From IMG/VR virus record IMGVR_UViG_2529293219_000028: a DNA stretch of 38,658 nucleotides; one strand, written 5' to 3'. Each line of letters opens with the position of its first letter. Within the stretch, counting starts at the first letter, position 1. The stretch is from a virus (Duplodnaviria > Heunggongvirae > Uroviricota > Caudoviricetes). A model generated the notes under the pieces. That model did no database searches. It was not told the DNA's origin and saw only the letters and a program-made list of their open reading frames with translations. Below are positions 17,960 through 27,749 of the stretch, piece by piece. The position numbers and the translations under genes are program-made.

Positions 17960-18354
17960 GCACGGGCCTGTTCCGCTTTGTTACCGGTCTTTTTCCGGGG
18001 AGCATCCTGTCCGGCTTCGGCTTCGGCTTCGGCTTCGGCTTCGGCTTCGGCTTCGGCTTCGGCTTCGGCTTCGGCTAAATCTGTACCGGCCACTGCATGA
18101 ACCACACCCGCCACGCTCCCCGCATCATCAGCAGACGTCTGTAGTATTCGCACAGTGAGGCATGGCTCCTCCTCCAGTCGGGCAAGCTGCTCCGGGGTGA
18201 CCTCAACCTGCTGACGTCCACGCGTGAACAGGAACCCCGCACGACGAAACGCCGAACGACTGCAACGCACTTCTGCCAGCACCGTGACAGAATTGTCACC
18301 ACTGACCTGAAGACCTGAATCATCTGTTGCTGCCACAGTGTGATGTTCATTCAT
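17956..18354 (-). CDS. Hypothetical head-region protein with an internal (Glu-Ala)n tract
   Basis: 132 aa ORF directly downstream of the major head gene; contains about 11 EA dipeptides encoded by the hexanucleotide repeat. Confidence 0.6.
   Translation of the reverse strand: MNEHHTVAATDDSGLQVSGDNSVTVLAEVRCSRSAFRRAGFLFTRGRQQVEVTPEQLARLEEEPCLTVRILQTSADDAGSVAGVVHAVAGTDLAEAEAEAEAEAEAEAEAEAEAGQDAPRKKTGNKAEQARA
18013..18076. repeat. Perfect tandem hexanucleotide repeat (GGCTTC)10 plus a partial unit
   Basis: Direct reading: ggcttc repeated from 18013 to 18072, then ggct. Confidence 0.95.
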
Positions 18355-18397
18355 ATTTGCCCTCCGCAGGGGCCGGGCCGTAAGCCCGGCTCACCGT

Positions 18398-19345
18398 TTA
18401 CAGATAATCCGCGACAACCAGCTCCAGCTTACCCTTCATCTCGTTAGAGACGGTTGCGTTTCCGTCTGCGAACAGTTCACGCTCCAGCAGCTGCACCGCC
18501 TGTTTTTCCAGCGAGGTGGGGACAACAATATGGGTGGGTTTAATGCCGAGTTTGCGGCCACCGTCAGCGGTAAATTCGCGCATGGCTGACCAGCCGTGCC
18601 ACAGTGCATCCAGCGTCAGCGGTGACTGCATCATGTAGGCCATCTGCCAGAAGCCGTAGCCCACATTGCGACGGGCGGATGCACCAAACACAAATTCGTT
18701 ATCGGTGAATGCGCGACCTTCATCGACTTTGGTCTGGGCAACCAGTTCAGCCTTACGGCGATCCTGATAAATCAGCGGTTTTACCGCGCGGGAGCAGTCA
18801 AGCAGATACCAGGCCGGACCGCTGTAATCAGCCTGTGCGCCGACAGAGCCGGTTTTTGCCACAAACATATTGCTGACCATCTGCGCATCCCCGGAGCCAT
18901 CCACTTTGGGGTAAACCGGATGTTCGGTATCAAAGAAGTTCTGACCGTCATAGCAGGCCGCACTGATCCCGTCACGCAGGGCAGCAAAGACCAGCTCATC
19001 CGGTTGTACCGCCGCAGCGCGCCCCATCTCCTGGAACAACGGGGAATAAATACCGAGGTTGTCGTCTTCGAAGTCATCGCGGCTAATGGCGACAGTGCCT
19101 TCAAAAGTTTTGTTCACGATGGCATAGCCATAGGCTTTCATCTTCTCGATGACGCGGGAGCCGATCCACTCACGGAACTGCGGGAACTGCCCCAGCCAGC
19201 CGTAGGTGTTGGATTTCGATGTGGAGGGCACGGTCATCGCAATTTTTTTATACTGCGACGGGGCCATGGACATCCCGGCCTGAAAATCAGAACGGTAGCC
19301 CGTCATCAGGGCTGTGATCATCGCCGGTGTAATCGGGGTAGGCAT
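18398..19345 (-). CDS. Major head (capsid) protein, Mu T-like
   Basis: 315 aa directly downstream of the protease/scaffold gene. Confidence 0.85.
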   Translation of the reverse strand: MPTPITPAMITALMTGYRSDFQAGMSMAPSQYKKIAMTVPSTSKSNTYGWLGQFPQFREWIGSRVIEKMKAYGYAIVNKTFEGTVAISRDDFEDDNLGIYSPLFQEMGRAAAVQPDELVFAALRDGISAACYDGQNFFDTEHPVYPKVDGSGDAQMVSNMFVAKTGSVGAQADYSGPAWYLLDCSRAVKPLIYQDRRKAELVAQTKVDEGRAFTDNEFVFGASARRNVGYGFWQMAYMMQSPLTLDALWHGWSAMREFTADGGRKLGIKPTHIVVPTSLEKQAVQLLERELFADGNATVSNEMKGKLELVVADYL

Positions 19346-20469
19346 TATTGCATTTCCTCTTTCATTTTCAGGAACTCGGCTTCGGTTTTACCCAGCAGTT
19401 TGGCGGCCGCGATATCTTCAGCCGACAGCGCAGCGGTGGCAGTCTTTTTATCCGGCACGGTCACGGTGTCGGTCTGAAGAGAGGTCAGGGCCGCAACCGG
19501 CTGGCGGGCGTCAAGCTGTGCAGAAAGTGCCGCAACGCCAATCTGCCCGCCCAGTTGTTCCAGATAGCCGCGTTCGCTTTTGAAGATGCGCCCTTCGGAT
19601 TCAGCCTTGTCCAGCACCTGCTCCAGCGTGGTGCTGCCGTGCTGCGCCGACAGCGCAACGTATTCGGTACGCAGGGCGTTATACGTTTCAACGGGCACGT
19701 ATTTCGTCAGATCAATAATGCCGCCAGCCGGTGTGCCTTTTGCGGTTTCCAGCTCTGCCGACAGACTGGCGACCTGTGTTTTCAGGTTGTCGTGTGCATC
19801 CGCACGGGTTTTGATCCCGGTGAGGGCAGACAGCGCCGCCGTGCCCAGCTCCGGCGTAAATTCGTCACCGTCAGCCACGGTCAGACCGAGCGCCGTCAGC
19901 AACTGGCGTAATTGCTCATTCATGGAGGTATCCTTTAAAGGAGGGTTTAAGGCGTTATAAAGGTCATCCGCCGACAGTGCGGCGACAGGATTCATGCCGG
20001 TCAGACCGGGGTCACCGGTAATAGCCAGCATCCGAAGTTCGACAGGTTCGCCGGTGCTCTCGTCATAGCCAATCACCGGTGAAAACCAGGGGAATTCGTT
20101 ATTACGCAGATGTTCAAGGGCCGGAGGGTTCCACTTCGGGCGCACCTCGAAACCTCGCTCTTCACTGAAGCGAAAATTCTCCGGTGAGGCCATCACAAAA
20201 CCGGCAGCCGGTGCCGGATGTCCCTCAATCAGGGTCTGGTGGTTGTAGTCAATTTTCACCGGCTGATTGAGCGCCACAACACGGGAGACCATGCGCTCAA
20301 CGGCTGCATGGTTGATCAGCCAGCCTTCCGCCGGTTTTTCCGGGCGACCGTCACGGGCCTTTACCCGACCGGCTGGCATGATCTGACACCAGTCACCGTC
20401 CCCGTCTGCGGACAGGCTGATGGCATTCAGAATGGCATAAGCAAGTTTGGGCGTGTTTTTCGTCTTCAT
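19345..20469 (-). CDS. Head maturation protease / scaffold protein, Mu I-like
   Basis: 374 aa; synteny; in-frame internal ATG at 19923 preceded by AAGGA. Confidence 0.8.
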   Translation of the reverse strand: MKTKNTPKLAYAILNAISLSADGDGDWCQIMPAGRVKARDGRPEKPAEGWLINHAAVERMVSRVVALNQPVKIDYNHQTLIEGHPAPAAGFVMASPENFRFSEERGFEVRPKWNPPALEHLRNNEFPWFSPVIGYDESTGEPVELRMLAITGDPGLTGMNPVAALSADDLYNALNPPLKDTSMNEQLRQLLTALGLTVADGDEFTPELGTAALSALTGIKTRADAHDNLKTQVASLSAELETAKGTPAGGIIDLTKYVPVETYNALRTEYVALSAQHGSTTLEQVLDKAESEGRIFKSERGYLEQLGGQIGVAALSAQLDARQPVAALTSLQTDTVTVPDKKTATAALSAEDIAAAKLLGKTEAEFLKMKEEMQ

Positions 20470-20645
20470 TCCGGCAGCATAGGCCGGGAATTTTCAGGGC
20501 GGGTTTTGCGGGATTTCAGGAAGTGCTTCCAGGGGAAAAATACAAAGGCGCTTCACGCAGATTTTAAAGCCCGTTAAATACAGGTTAGAAAATCACGACA
20601 CGCGCCTGAAGGGGGTAAGGTAATGCATTTGCATACCTTAAACAA

Positions 20646-21119
20646 TTAAGGCGTTTCTGTGGCCTTTTTAAAGCGTTTTCTGATTTCGTCCATGATCTCC
20701 TGCTCTGCCACCTGATCAAAACCCATATACGGACGTGCACCAATGGCCGCCGGTCCAGGCGGCATACCTGGCAGGCCACCCCACTGATGAATGGCCGCAT
20801 AAGGCTCATTTGATCCAATCAGCGCCCAGGTATCGCCATAATCCGTGGTCAGGCGTCGGGCCAGATCGCCGTTCAGCGTCAGGATTTTGCCGGGCATGTT
20901 TCCCTTACGGGTACGCCACTTGCGGTAAGGATCTGACCAGTCATGCCAGCGTTCGCCGTCCGGCTCTTTTTCCTGTTCAAACGCCATTTCTGACGATGAC
21001 AGAAGGCTGGACGCCACACTGCGGGCCAGGTCTTTTCCACCACCCACAAACTGAAGCCGGGCAAAGACCCGCTGGAGACGCGCAACGTCCACCACCACGG
21101 CTGCATCGATGGATGACAT
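20646..21119 (-). CDS. Virion morphogenesis protein, Mu G-like
   Basis: 157 aa; AAGGAGG RBS; synteny between the F and I genes. Confidence 0.7.
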   Translation of the reverse strand: MSSIDAAVVVDVARLQRVFARLQFVGGGKDLARSVASSLLSSSEMAFEQEKEPDGERWHDWSDPYRKWRTRKGNMPGKILTLNGDLARRLTTDYGDTWALIGSNEPYAAIHQWGGLPGMPPGPAAIGARPYMGFDQVAEQEIMDEIRKRFKKATETP

Positions 21120-21237
21120 GTTGCCTCCTTAAAACTATCTGATTAAAATAAATACAGGCCGGTGTACTCTTAACTGGTAAAGCGGCATAAACCCTCAGGG
21201 GTCATATGTTTATGCGGGTTCGACCCCCGTCACCGGC

Positions 21238-22563
21238 TTACAATTTACCTTCCAGTAGTTCCAGCTTTCCGCCCTCTATTGCTTTTTCAATATCAAATTT
21301 ATTTACCCGGTAAGCATTAATTACCACATCCAGCTTATCCGGCTGGCGCTTCACACCATAAGGCGCATTGACGGCAATCTTTGCCGTTCCGTCACGGGTT
21401 TCAGTGATGTAAAGCAGGTTCTGATGGACATGATCCCACAGCACGGCATCGGGGGCAGCCAGCATGGCGGGAAGCTGCGCGAAATCCTCCGGCGTCAGGG
21501 CGATACCGTCATTCTGATGTTTCACACTGTCCGCATGGAGCACATTTTTACCGCTCATCGCCAGCAGGCGGGCCGGTGGCGTTCCTGTCCGGCTTTCCAC
21601 TGCCTGCGCAATACTTTCGGTCATAAAGCCCAGCGTGCGGATATCGTGACCACCGCGCCGGGTTTTCATGATATTTTTTGCCCAGATGCGGAACGCCAGC
21701 TGCCGCTCCGGGCTGTTGTTCATCTCCTGAACCACCATTTCCCGTAACGCCGGGCTTTTCACCTCGATCAGTTTACGGATCAGCGCCTGGTCTGTGCCGA
21801 ACGCCGCCGAACCGGGGTTATATGACCAGCCCACATCCGGTGTCATGGTTCTGGTGCCATCTGAATATGTGGTCACCGGCATTTCTCTGACTTCTCCGGT
21901 CTGTTTATCCACGCCAGCCTCAACATTGCGGGTGGAGAGATGATCCTCACCGGATGAAACGGATAACCCCATTGCATCCAGACGGGCCTGAGACAATGGC
22001 CGCACACGGCAGCGGCAGTTCCAGCCATTGGGTGGGTAGTGTGTTTTCCAGAACGGATCATCATAGCGGAATACCAGACCGTTAAGGGTGGAATGCGACG
22101 GGCGGGTACGGCTGTCCATGACCGCCACATACTGCCAGAACGGATGCGTGTCCGTGTTGTTCATCATCTGCGTGTAACGCCCGGCATTGTAAGCCACGCG
22201 GGTGTTCACGTTGTAAATCAGCGCCAGACGGCGGGGACTGCCCAGCTGTACTTCTTCTGCGTTACCGGCGCTGTCCACCACAATCTGCTTCCCCCACCAT
22301 CCCAGCTTTTGCAGGCGGGGTGTCAGTGTGCGGATAAATGCTTTCTGTGAAATCCCCTCATCAATGGCCCGTTGCACTTCCGCCTGTAGTGTGGTCAGTA
22401 CGTCCAGGCGTGCCGCTTTTGCCGCCGTGAACGATCGGGCATGAACATCTGCGTCTGTTTCGAACCAGTTCCAGCTGATATGCGCCCCTTTGGCGCGGAA
22501 GTATGCCACCGCCTCTTTTGAGGGAAGGGTGGCGGCATAACCTAAATCAATCCCCTGTGCCAT
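21238..22563 (-). CDS. Head morphogenesis protein, Mu F (gp30)-like
   Basis: 441 aa with RTRPSH...NGWNCRCR motif typical of the Mu F family. Confidence 0.8.
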   Translation of the reverse strand: MAQGIDLGYAATLPSKEAVAYFRAKGAHISWNWFETDADVHARSFTAAKAARLDVLTTLQAEVQRAIDEGISQKAFIRTLTPRLQKLGWWGKQIVVDSAGNAEEVQLGSPRRLALIYNVNTRVAYNAGRYTQMMNNTDTHPFWQYVAVMDSRTRPSHSTLNGLVFRYDDPFWKTHYPPNGWNCRCRVRPLSQARLDAMGLSVSSGEDHLSTRNVEAGVDKQTGEVREMPVTTYSDGTRTMTPDVGWSYNPGSAAFGTDQALIRKLIEVKSPALREMVVQEMNNSPERQLAFRIWAKNIMKTRRGGHDIRTLGFMTESIAQAVESRTGTPPARLLAMSGKNVLHADSVKHQNDGIALTPEDFAQLPAMLAAPDAVLWDHVHQNLLYITETRDGTAKIAVNAPYGVKRQPDKLDVVINAYRVNKFDIEKAIEGGKLELLEGKL

Positions 22564-24145
22564 CCAGCATCCCCTTCATTTCCGCAGCAAACATGGCATC
22601 ACTGAGCAGCGTCATCAGGCGGGAATCATCCATTTCACGGTAAAGGGCAGGCAGGTCTGCCAGCGCATCCGCCAGCCCCCGCGTTCTGATGGCATCAATG
22701 ACCGGCTCCAGCAGCGGGTCGATAGCGTCCTGTAACCGGCGGGCAGGCACCGCATCCCCCATATCGTCCAGTTCATCACGGGGGCTGCTTTTCGCTTCCG
22801 GCAGTCGGGCTGACAGCGCCGTCTGCTCTGTCTTCTCCTGTTTTTCCGGTGGCATCTCTTTGTCTGTCTGAGCAGGTTCATTGCCACTCTGACGGACACG
22901 GAAGATGGCTTCACCGGGGGCAGGCTGTGGAATACCGGTCTGGTCCCGTACCCAGGGATCAGGAATATCCATCCCCGTACTGAGCTGCATCACCGCACTG
23001 GTGATTTTGGTGATATCCCCCGGCTCTTTTGTCTGGAAACAGATACGCGGCAGGCGACGGATATCTATGGCGTGGGCGGTGTTCAGGGCATACAGCGGAT
23101 ACACCAGATCGCGGTTCAGCGTGGCGGCCAGCTGACGTAAATCAGAATCCCTGATTTCCCGGCGCACCTCGTTATGCACCTCACCCAGTGAGCGCGCGCC
23201 TTTGTCTCCGGCTTCCGTGGTCAGCGTGCCGCCGAGGATAGCTTTGGAGATGGAACGCTCCCCCCACGAAATCATGGTTTCAAACGGATCGGCCTGACCG
23301 TTCGCGGCTACCTGAAACTCCAGCGACATCCCGGCCGGGATGATCCCGCCTGTACGTCGCCCGATATCCATCACCGCCCGCATCAGGGCGCTTTTCTGCT
23401 CCGATGTTGCCCCGGACGGGTATTTACCGACCTTCATCGGCAGGCCGTACACCTCCAGAAATTCAGCCAGATCGCGCACGGAATAGTTTTTGAAAATGAA
23501 CGGCCAGATAAGCGTTCTGACAAGCCCCGTCGCACCACCGTAACCGGTGCGTGAACGTGACTGATGCACTACCCAGCCAAAGGGCTGAAACGCCACCCCG
23601 GCATGGCTGCCGTCACGCAGCCGCAGTTCGCTCAAATCATCCGGGTTAAGGCAGAAATGCCCGCTGTCACGCCAGCGGATGGCGCGGATGATGTGCATTT
23701 TACCGAGCATCCCGTGCTCAATCTCCATGCAGGAATAGCCCTTCAGGATGGCATCCGTGGCGTCAAACAGCATGGCATCAAACCAGTCGGCGGAATGCAG
23801 ATATTCGTCGAGCATTTCCGCGTCCTTTTTCTCATTCGCGCTGGCGTTCGGTGGCGGCTCAATACTCCAGGGCACGCTCTGAATGGCAAGACGTCGCTTG
23901 CCCAGCTCTGCAAAAAGGTGGGTATCCTTTTCTTCAATGTCAGCCGCCAGATCGGACTGGGCAATCAGATCGCCACGTTCAGCCCCGCGAAGGCACTGCG
24001 CCGCCCGGTTCGGGGTGATACCCGAGGCCGGATGTTCAATATAACGGCTGGCAATCTGCGGAATATCCAGCACGGCACTCTGCATCTCCGGGTCAAAGGA
24101 GAAAGGTTTTCCGTCAAGATCAATTATGCGTCCCACTACCAGCAC
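22547..24145 (-). CDS. Portal protein (Mu gp29-like)
   Basis: 532 aa between the large terminase and F genes. Confidence 0.8.
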   Translation of the reverse strand: MLVVGRIIDLDGKPFSFDPEMQSAVLDIPQIASRYIEHPASGITPNRAAQCLRGAERGDLIAQSDLAADIEEKDTHLFAELGKRRLAIQSVPWSIEPPPNASANEKKDAEMLDEYLHSADWFDAMLFDATDAILKGYSCMEIEHGMLGKMHIIRAIRWRDSGHFCLNPDDLSELRLRDGSHAGVAFQPFGWVVHQSRSRTGYGGATGLVRTLIWPFIFKNYSVRDLAEFLEVYGLPMKVGKYPSGATSEQKSALMRAVMDIGRRTGGIIPAGMSLEFQVAANGQADPFETMISWGERSISKAILGGTLTTEAGDKGARSLGEVHNEVRREIRDSDLRQLAATLNRDLVYPLYALNTAHAIDIRRLPRICFQTKEPGDITKITSAVMQLSTGMDIPDPWVRDQTGIPQPAPGEAIFRVRQSGNEPAQTDKEMPPEKQEKTEQTALSARLPEAKSSPRDELDDMGDAVPARRLQDAIDPLLEPVIDAIRTRGLADALADLPALYREMDDSRLMTLLSDAMFAAEMKGMLDGTGD

Positions 24146-25800
24146 CCCCGATCAAATTCATGATATGCCTCATCGTCATCACGATAACCGCCCTCCATTG
24201 CCCGCGACCGCTCCGGCAGCGCCTGACAGGCTGATTCATCCAGGATGAAGCCCTCCATGTATGACGCCCGGTTTGCCATACAGAGCGCCACGGCAAAATC
24301 ACCATGGCGGCGGGCGTTCACAGCCGTTGCGTTCTGGTCCTTCGTACGCCCCTTGTCGATTTGCGGGATACCGTTCACCACCTTCACATGGCGCAAATCA
24401 TCAAGCGTGGTCTGATGGCGGGCGACGAGGATATTCTGATCCTCAAACTCGGCCTTCAGTTTTGGCATCCACTCACCGTACCACTTCGGCGATAACATCA
24501 CGCAGTCGATGATGTCCGGGCCAAAGGCCAGCAGCGCGGCTTCGGCCAGATAGCCGCCGTTACCGGTGGCGTCGAACGCCGCACCGACCAGCGCCGGAAC
24601 GCGGGTCAGGATGTACATCATCACCTGCTCCTGCTGGGCATACGGCAGGTTGCGCAGCTCCACGCGAAACACCTCGCGTTTTGCCAGGGATTCAGTGATT
24701 TCCAGCAGCACAAAGCAGGACAGGTCACCGGTGCGGGCAAAGTCTTCCCCGAAGCTGAAGCGGGAACGGGGATTTAACGCCTCTAAAAGCGGTTTTAAAT
24801 GTTCTTCACACCAGGTTAAAACTTCCGATTCACGCAGCCATGCGGCACGGCTGATGAAGTCGTCCGGGGCTTCAAACGTCAGAATCGGGATGTCGCGGAG
24901 CATCGCCATTTCAATAAGCGCGTGAGGAATATAGGCACCGCCGGATTTTTTCGGGATACAGCCGTATTCCTCGTCGGCATCCTCACGGGTCGGGGCGTTT
25001 TTGTAGAGATCATCACGCCACTTCTGCTCGCTTTCCGGTGACCATTCGCGGCCGGTGACATAACAGATACGACGGTACAGCCCGTCCGCAATGGCATCAT
25101 CCAGGGTAATGCGGTGGACGCTGTAATCCTTGCGCCCTTCGCGGGCTTCCTGAATGTACTGATTAAACAGATTATCGACGCCGTTATGCGTGGAGATAAT
25201 ACGCACGCGCGCGCCCCACATGGTAAGCGCCATTGCCGCCTTGAGAAGCTCATCCAGTGACTCGTGGAACGCGGCTTCATCAATCACCACATCCCCCTGA
25301 AGGCCGCGCAGGTTTGACGGACGGGAAGACAGTGCCTGAATTTTGAATCCACTGTTCGGAAAGCGGATCATGTAGGTCAGAATTTCTTCTTTTTTATCCC
25401 GATCCCAGAAGGTCTGCTCATACACATCAGCATCTGCCAGCTGGTTAAAGGCACGGGAGAACAGTGCACAGGCAGAAATATATTCCAGCGCCATCTCCTG
25501 CTTTGACCCCACATAAAACACATTGCGGCCACCACGCCGCTTCGGTTTTGCAGCGGTAATGACGTTACGCCCGGCTTCCGCCCAGGTAAGCCCGGTGCGG
25601 CGGGATTTTTCCGCGATGCAGACCTCGCTTTCATCCTCAAACCAGCGGGCCTGATAATCCAGAAACACCGGCATATCACCGGGCAAATCAAGGCTGTCCG
25701 GCACATCCACGCCCAGCAGGGCTTTTTCACCGGCCAGATCAATTTTGCGGGTGGAGACGGTATTCGTCAGTAAGGGTGAGAGTTCTTCGGCGTTATTCAT
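24136..25800 (-). CDS. Terminase large subunit (Mu gp28-like)
   Basis: 554 aa; position upstream of the portal gene. Confidence 0.8.
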   Translation of the reverse strand: MNNAEELSPLLTNTVSTRKIDLAGEKALLGVDVPDSLDLPGDMPVFLDYQARWFEDESEVCIAEKSRRTGLTWAEAGRNVITAAKPKRRGGRNVFYVGSKQEMALEYISACALFSRAFNQLADADVYEQTFWDRDKKEEILTYMIRFPNSGFKIQALSSRPSNLRGLQGDVVIDEAAFHESLDELLKAAMALTMWGARVRIISTHNGVDNLFNQYIQEAREGRKDYSVHRITLDDAIADGLYRRICYVTGREWSPESEQKWRDDLYKNAPTREDADEEYGCIPKKSGGAYIPHALIEMAMLRDIPILTFEAPDDFISRAAWLRESEVLTWCEEHLKPLLEALNPRSRFSFGEDFARTGDLSCFVLLEITESLAKREVFRVELRNLPYAQQEQVMMYILTRVPALVGAAFDATGNGGYLAEAALLAFGPDIIDCVMLSPKWYGEWMPKLKAEFEDQNILVARHQTTLDDLRHVKVVNGIPQIDKGRTKDQNATAVNARRHGDFAVALCMANRASYMEGFILDESACQALPERSRAMEGGYRDDDEAYHEFDRGCW

Positions 25801-26381
25801 CAGGCTTTACCCAACAGAATCCCCTTAATACGGGACTCAAGCTGTTCACTCATCCCGTCCACGCCGCGCAGCTCGTCGGTGACCGCGTTTGCCATCTCTT
25901 CAGCAAATGCGGCCCGGATTTCTTTTTCACGCTTAATGCTGCGCTCGGCGGCACTTTCCGCACGCTGTGCTGACAGGAGGATGTCTTTGATGAGGCGCAT
26001 ATCCACGTCGCTGTCGCTGTTCAGAGATTCGGTCGCGGCACGCAGGCGGCGGTACATCAGGGCGCGGGACATTTCCAGAATCAGCGCTGTGGTTTCACCG
26101 GTCGGCTTGTCCCCCAGTTCGGCCATCATGGCTTTTGTCTGCTCGCGTAAATCACGCAGGTTACGGGCAATCAGCTCATTACGGGAGGCTTCCCGGCTGA
26201 TGGCCGCCGGTGAAAGCTGCTGCTCTTCCGGCAGGCCCGCCTCACGGATCAGACGGTTGATTTCCTCACGGATCTGGACCTGCGTCAGACGTTTTTCACG
26301 CAGCATTTCCAGCAGCGGCTTACGGATGCTGTCGGGGAGCAAATCCACCTTGCGTACACGACCACGCGTCGGCTTGTCCAT
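25800..26381 (-). CDS. Mu gp27-like protein, putative small terminase subunit
   Basis: 193 aa, helical and charged, directly upstream of the large terminase gene. Confidence 0.65.
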   Translation of the reverse strand: MDKPTRGRVRKVDLLPDSIRKPLLEMLREKRLTQVQIREEINRLIREAGLPEEQQLSPAAISREASRNELIARNLRDLREQTKAMMAELGDKPTGETTALILEMSRALMYRRLRAATESLNSDSDVDMRLIKDILLSAQRAESAAERSIKREKEIRAAFAEEMANAVTDELRGVDGMSEQLESRIKGILLGKA

Positions 26382-26383
26382 CG

Positions 26384-26674
26384 TTACCCCCTTGCGCGTG
26401 GTTTCTTCACACCCGGAACGCAGACCCGGCCTTCCGCCACATCCTGCCCACGACCGGTCAGTTCCGCGATGAAATAACCGTTAATCAGAACGCGTTTGCG
26501 CACCAGTCCCTGCTCGGCAAGCCAGGCAATGTGGGTGTGAACGGTGTCGCGGGACACGCGGTGGCCGTAATCATCCAGACAGTCCTGGAGCACGGATTCA
26601 CCCAGTTCACCGTTGTAATCTGCCAGCGACCGCAGAATGACCAGACGCTGATCTTCAGTAATGAAATCACTCAT
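26384..26674 (-). CDS. Hypothetical winged-helix-like protein (Mu gp26 position)
   Basis: 96 aa; synteny. Confidence 0.55.
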   Translation of the reverse strand: MSDFITEDQRLVILRSLADYNGELGESVLQDCLDDYGHRVSRDTVHTHIAWLAEQGLVRKRVLINGYFIAELTGRGQDVAEGRVCVPGVKKPRARG

Positions 26675-26979
26675 TGCGTTTTTTTCCTTACAGCCTGCTC
26701 CAGCAGCAGTTCGTTCTGATAGGAGACAGAGCGGAGCGTGGCGTTCGTGGTTTTCAGTTCACCCCGCAGGGTCACGATTTCCACATTCAGACGGTTGACC
26801 TCGGCTTCTGTCGGCAGTGACGACAGGCGGGTTTCCACCTTCTCAACGCGGTCGGAGAGTTTTTCAAAGGCCTCGCGGGGGACAAACGTTTTGCGCATCA
26901 GCGCCATGAATATCCCGCCAGCGGTTGCCGTCGCCGAAAGGATCGGCACAACATAATCTTTAACGATGCTGACCCACAT
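26671..26979 (-). CDS. Small membrane protein with coiled-coil tail, possible lysis accessory protein (Mu gp25-like)
   Basis: 102 aa; N-terminal TM helix VVPILSATATAGGIFMALM followed by a helical region. Confidence 0.5.
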   Translation of the reverse strand: MWVSIVKDYVVPILSATATAGGIFMALMRKTFVPREAFEKLSDRVEKVETRLSSLPTEAEVNRLNVEIVTLRGELKTTNATLRSVSYQNELLLEQAVRKKTQ

Positions 26980-27187
26980 GACGGGCCTCCATGATGTTCT
27001 GGCAGTTCACACAACGGATGGCATCCGGCACAGCAACAAGACGTGCGGCGGGGATCTCTCCGCCACAGTCCGCGCAGACACGTCTGCCCGGCGTATCCAC
27101 TGCCTGGCGCTTACGTGTCAGCCGGTTACAAAGGGCGCGTTCTGATCCCCGCTCCATCACAGCCTGAGCACGATCTGAATCATCCAT
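26960..27187 (-). CDS. TraR/DksA-family C4 zinc-finger protein
   Basis: 75 aa with CADCGGEI...CVNC (C-x2-C-x17-C-x2-C) motif. Confidence 0.75.
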   Translation of the reverse strand: MDDSDRAQAVMERGSERALCNRLTRKRQAVDTPGRRVCADCGGEIPAARLVAVPDAIRCVNCQNIMEARHVGQHR

Positions 27188-27196
27188 ACCTTTTCC

Positions 27197-27568
27197 TTAC
27201 TTCGTTTTTCCTGCCGGAACAGCAGGCGTTCCGGCCATATCAGTAAATTCATGTTGTCGCCGCGTCTCCAGACGACGAATACTGGCCTTGTCCACGTTGC
27301 AGTTCTTGATCACCGCCAGCAGTTGCAGGTTGTAAGTGACCGATGCCCCAAACGTGAACGGCTCCGGCGCAGGAGGGACCAGGCAGTCAGCCAGCCATTC
27401 AGCGGGGATCGGCACCGGCTTCACAGGCACGTATTTCACAGACGGCCCGGCGCACCCGATCAGCCACATCATCAGGAACAGGGGCAGAGGCCGCAGGCAC
27501 TGCTGCCAGCGACCGGCGGACAACGCTCTGCTGCCCCTCGCTGTGCTGAATGTTCTGTTGTTTTTCAT
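27197..27568 (-). CDS. Putative o-spanin (outer-membrane lipoprotein), overlapping the i-spanin gene
   Basis: Internal Met of ORF-track 27197..27763; signal peptide ending in lipobox LIGC, then a Pro-rich mature part; start uncertain. Confidence 0.45.
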   Translation of the reverse strand: MKNNRTFSTARGSRALSAGRWQQCLRPLPLFLMMWLIGCAGPSVKYVPVKPVPIPAEWLADCLVPPAPEPFTFGASVTYNLQLLAVIKNCNVDKASIRRLETRRQHEFTDMAGTPAVPAGKTK

Positions 27569-27749
27569 TCGTGGCCGCCTCACTGATTTGTGAAATGAGT
27601 TGCAGGGTGTGCTGCTGATTTGCCAGCACCTGACGCGCCTCATCCCGCTCACGCACAAGCACCTGATTATTGTCTTCAAGGCGCTGCGTCTTCTGGTGCA
27701 TTCCCCATATAGCGGCAACCAGTACAGCGATAATCCCCAGCGCCGCCAT
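27399..27749 (-). CDS. Putative i-spanin (Rz-like); start may instead be at 27899 or 27920
   Basis: TM helix ALGIIAVLVAAIW followed by a Gln/Glu-rich helical periplasmic region; directly downstream of the endolysin gene. Confidence 0.5.
   Translation of the reverse strand: MAALGIIAVLVAAIWGMHQKTQRLEDNNQVLVRERDEARQVLANQQHTLQLISQISEAATNEKQQNIQHSEGQQSVVRRSLAAVPAASAPVPDDVADRVRRAVCEIRACEAGADPR

Noticed and set aside
18013-18076. Possible CRISPR array or tRNA-associated repeat
   Set aside because: Units are 6 nt with no spacers; it is a simple coding microsatellite
17958-18158. Plus-strand ORF encoding an (RL)n tract
   Set aside because: Antisense reading of the hexanucleotide repeat; the minus-strand (EA)n frame belongs to a syntenic gene
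21206-21225. tRNA gene suggested by a GGTTCGA-like T-arm motif
   Set aside because: No acceptor stem, D-arm or anticodon arm can be assembled around it; isolated hairpin only
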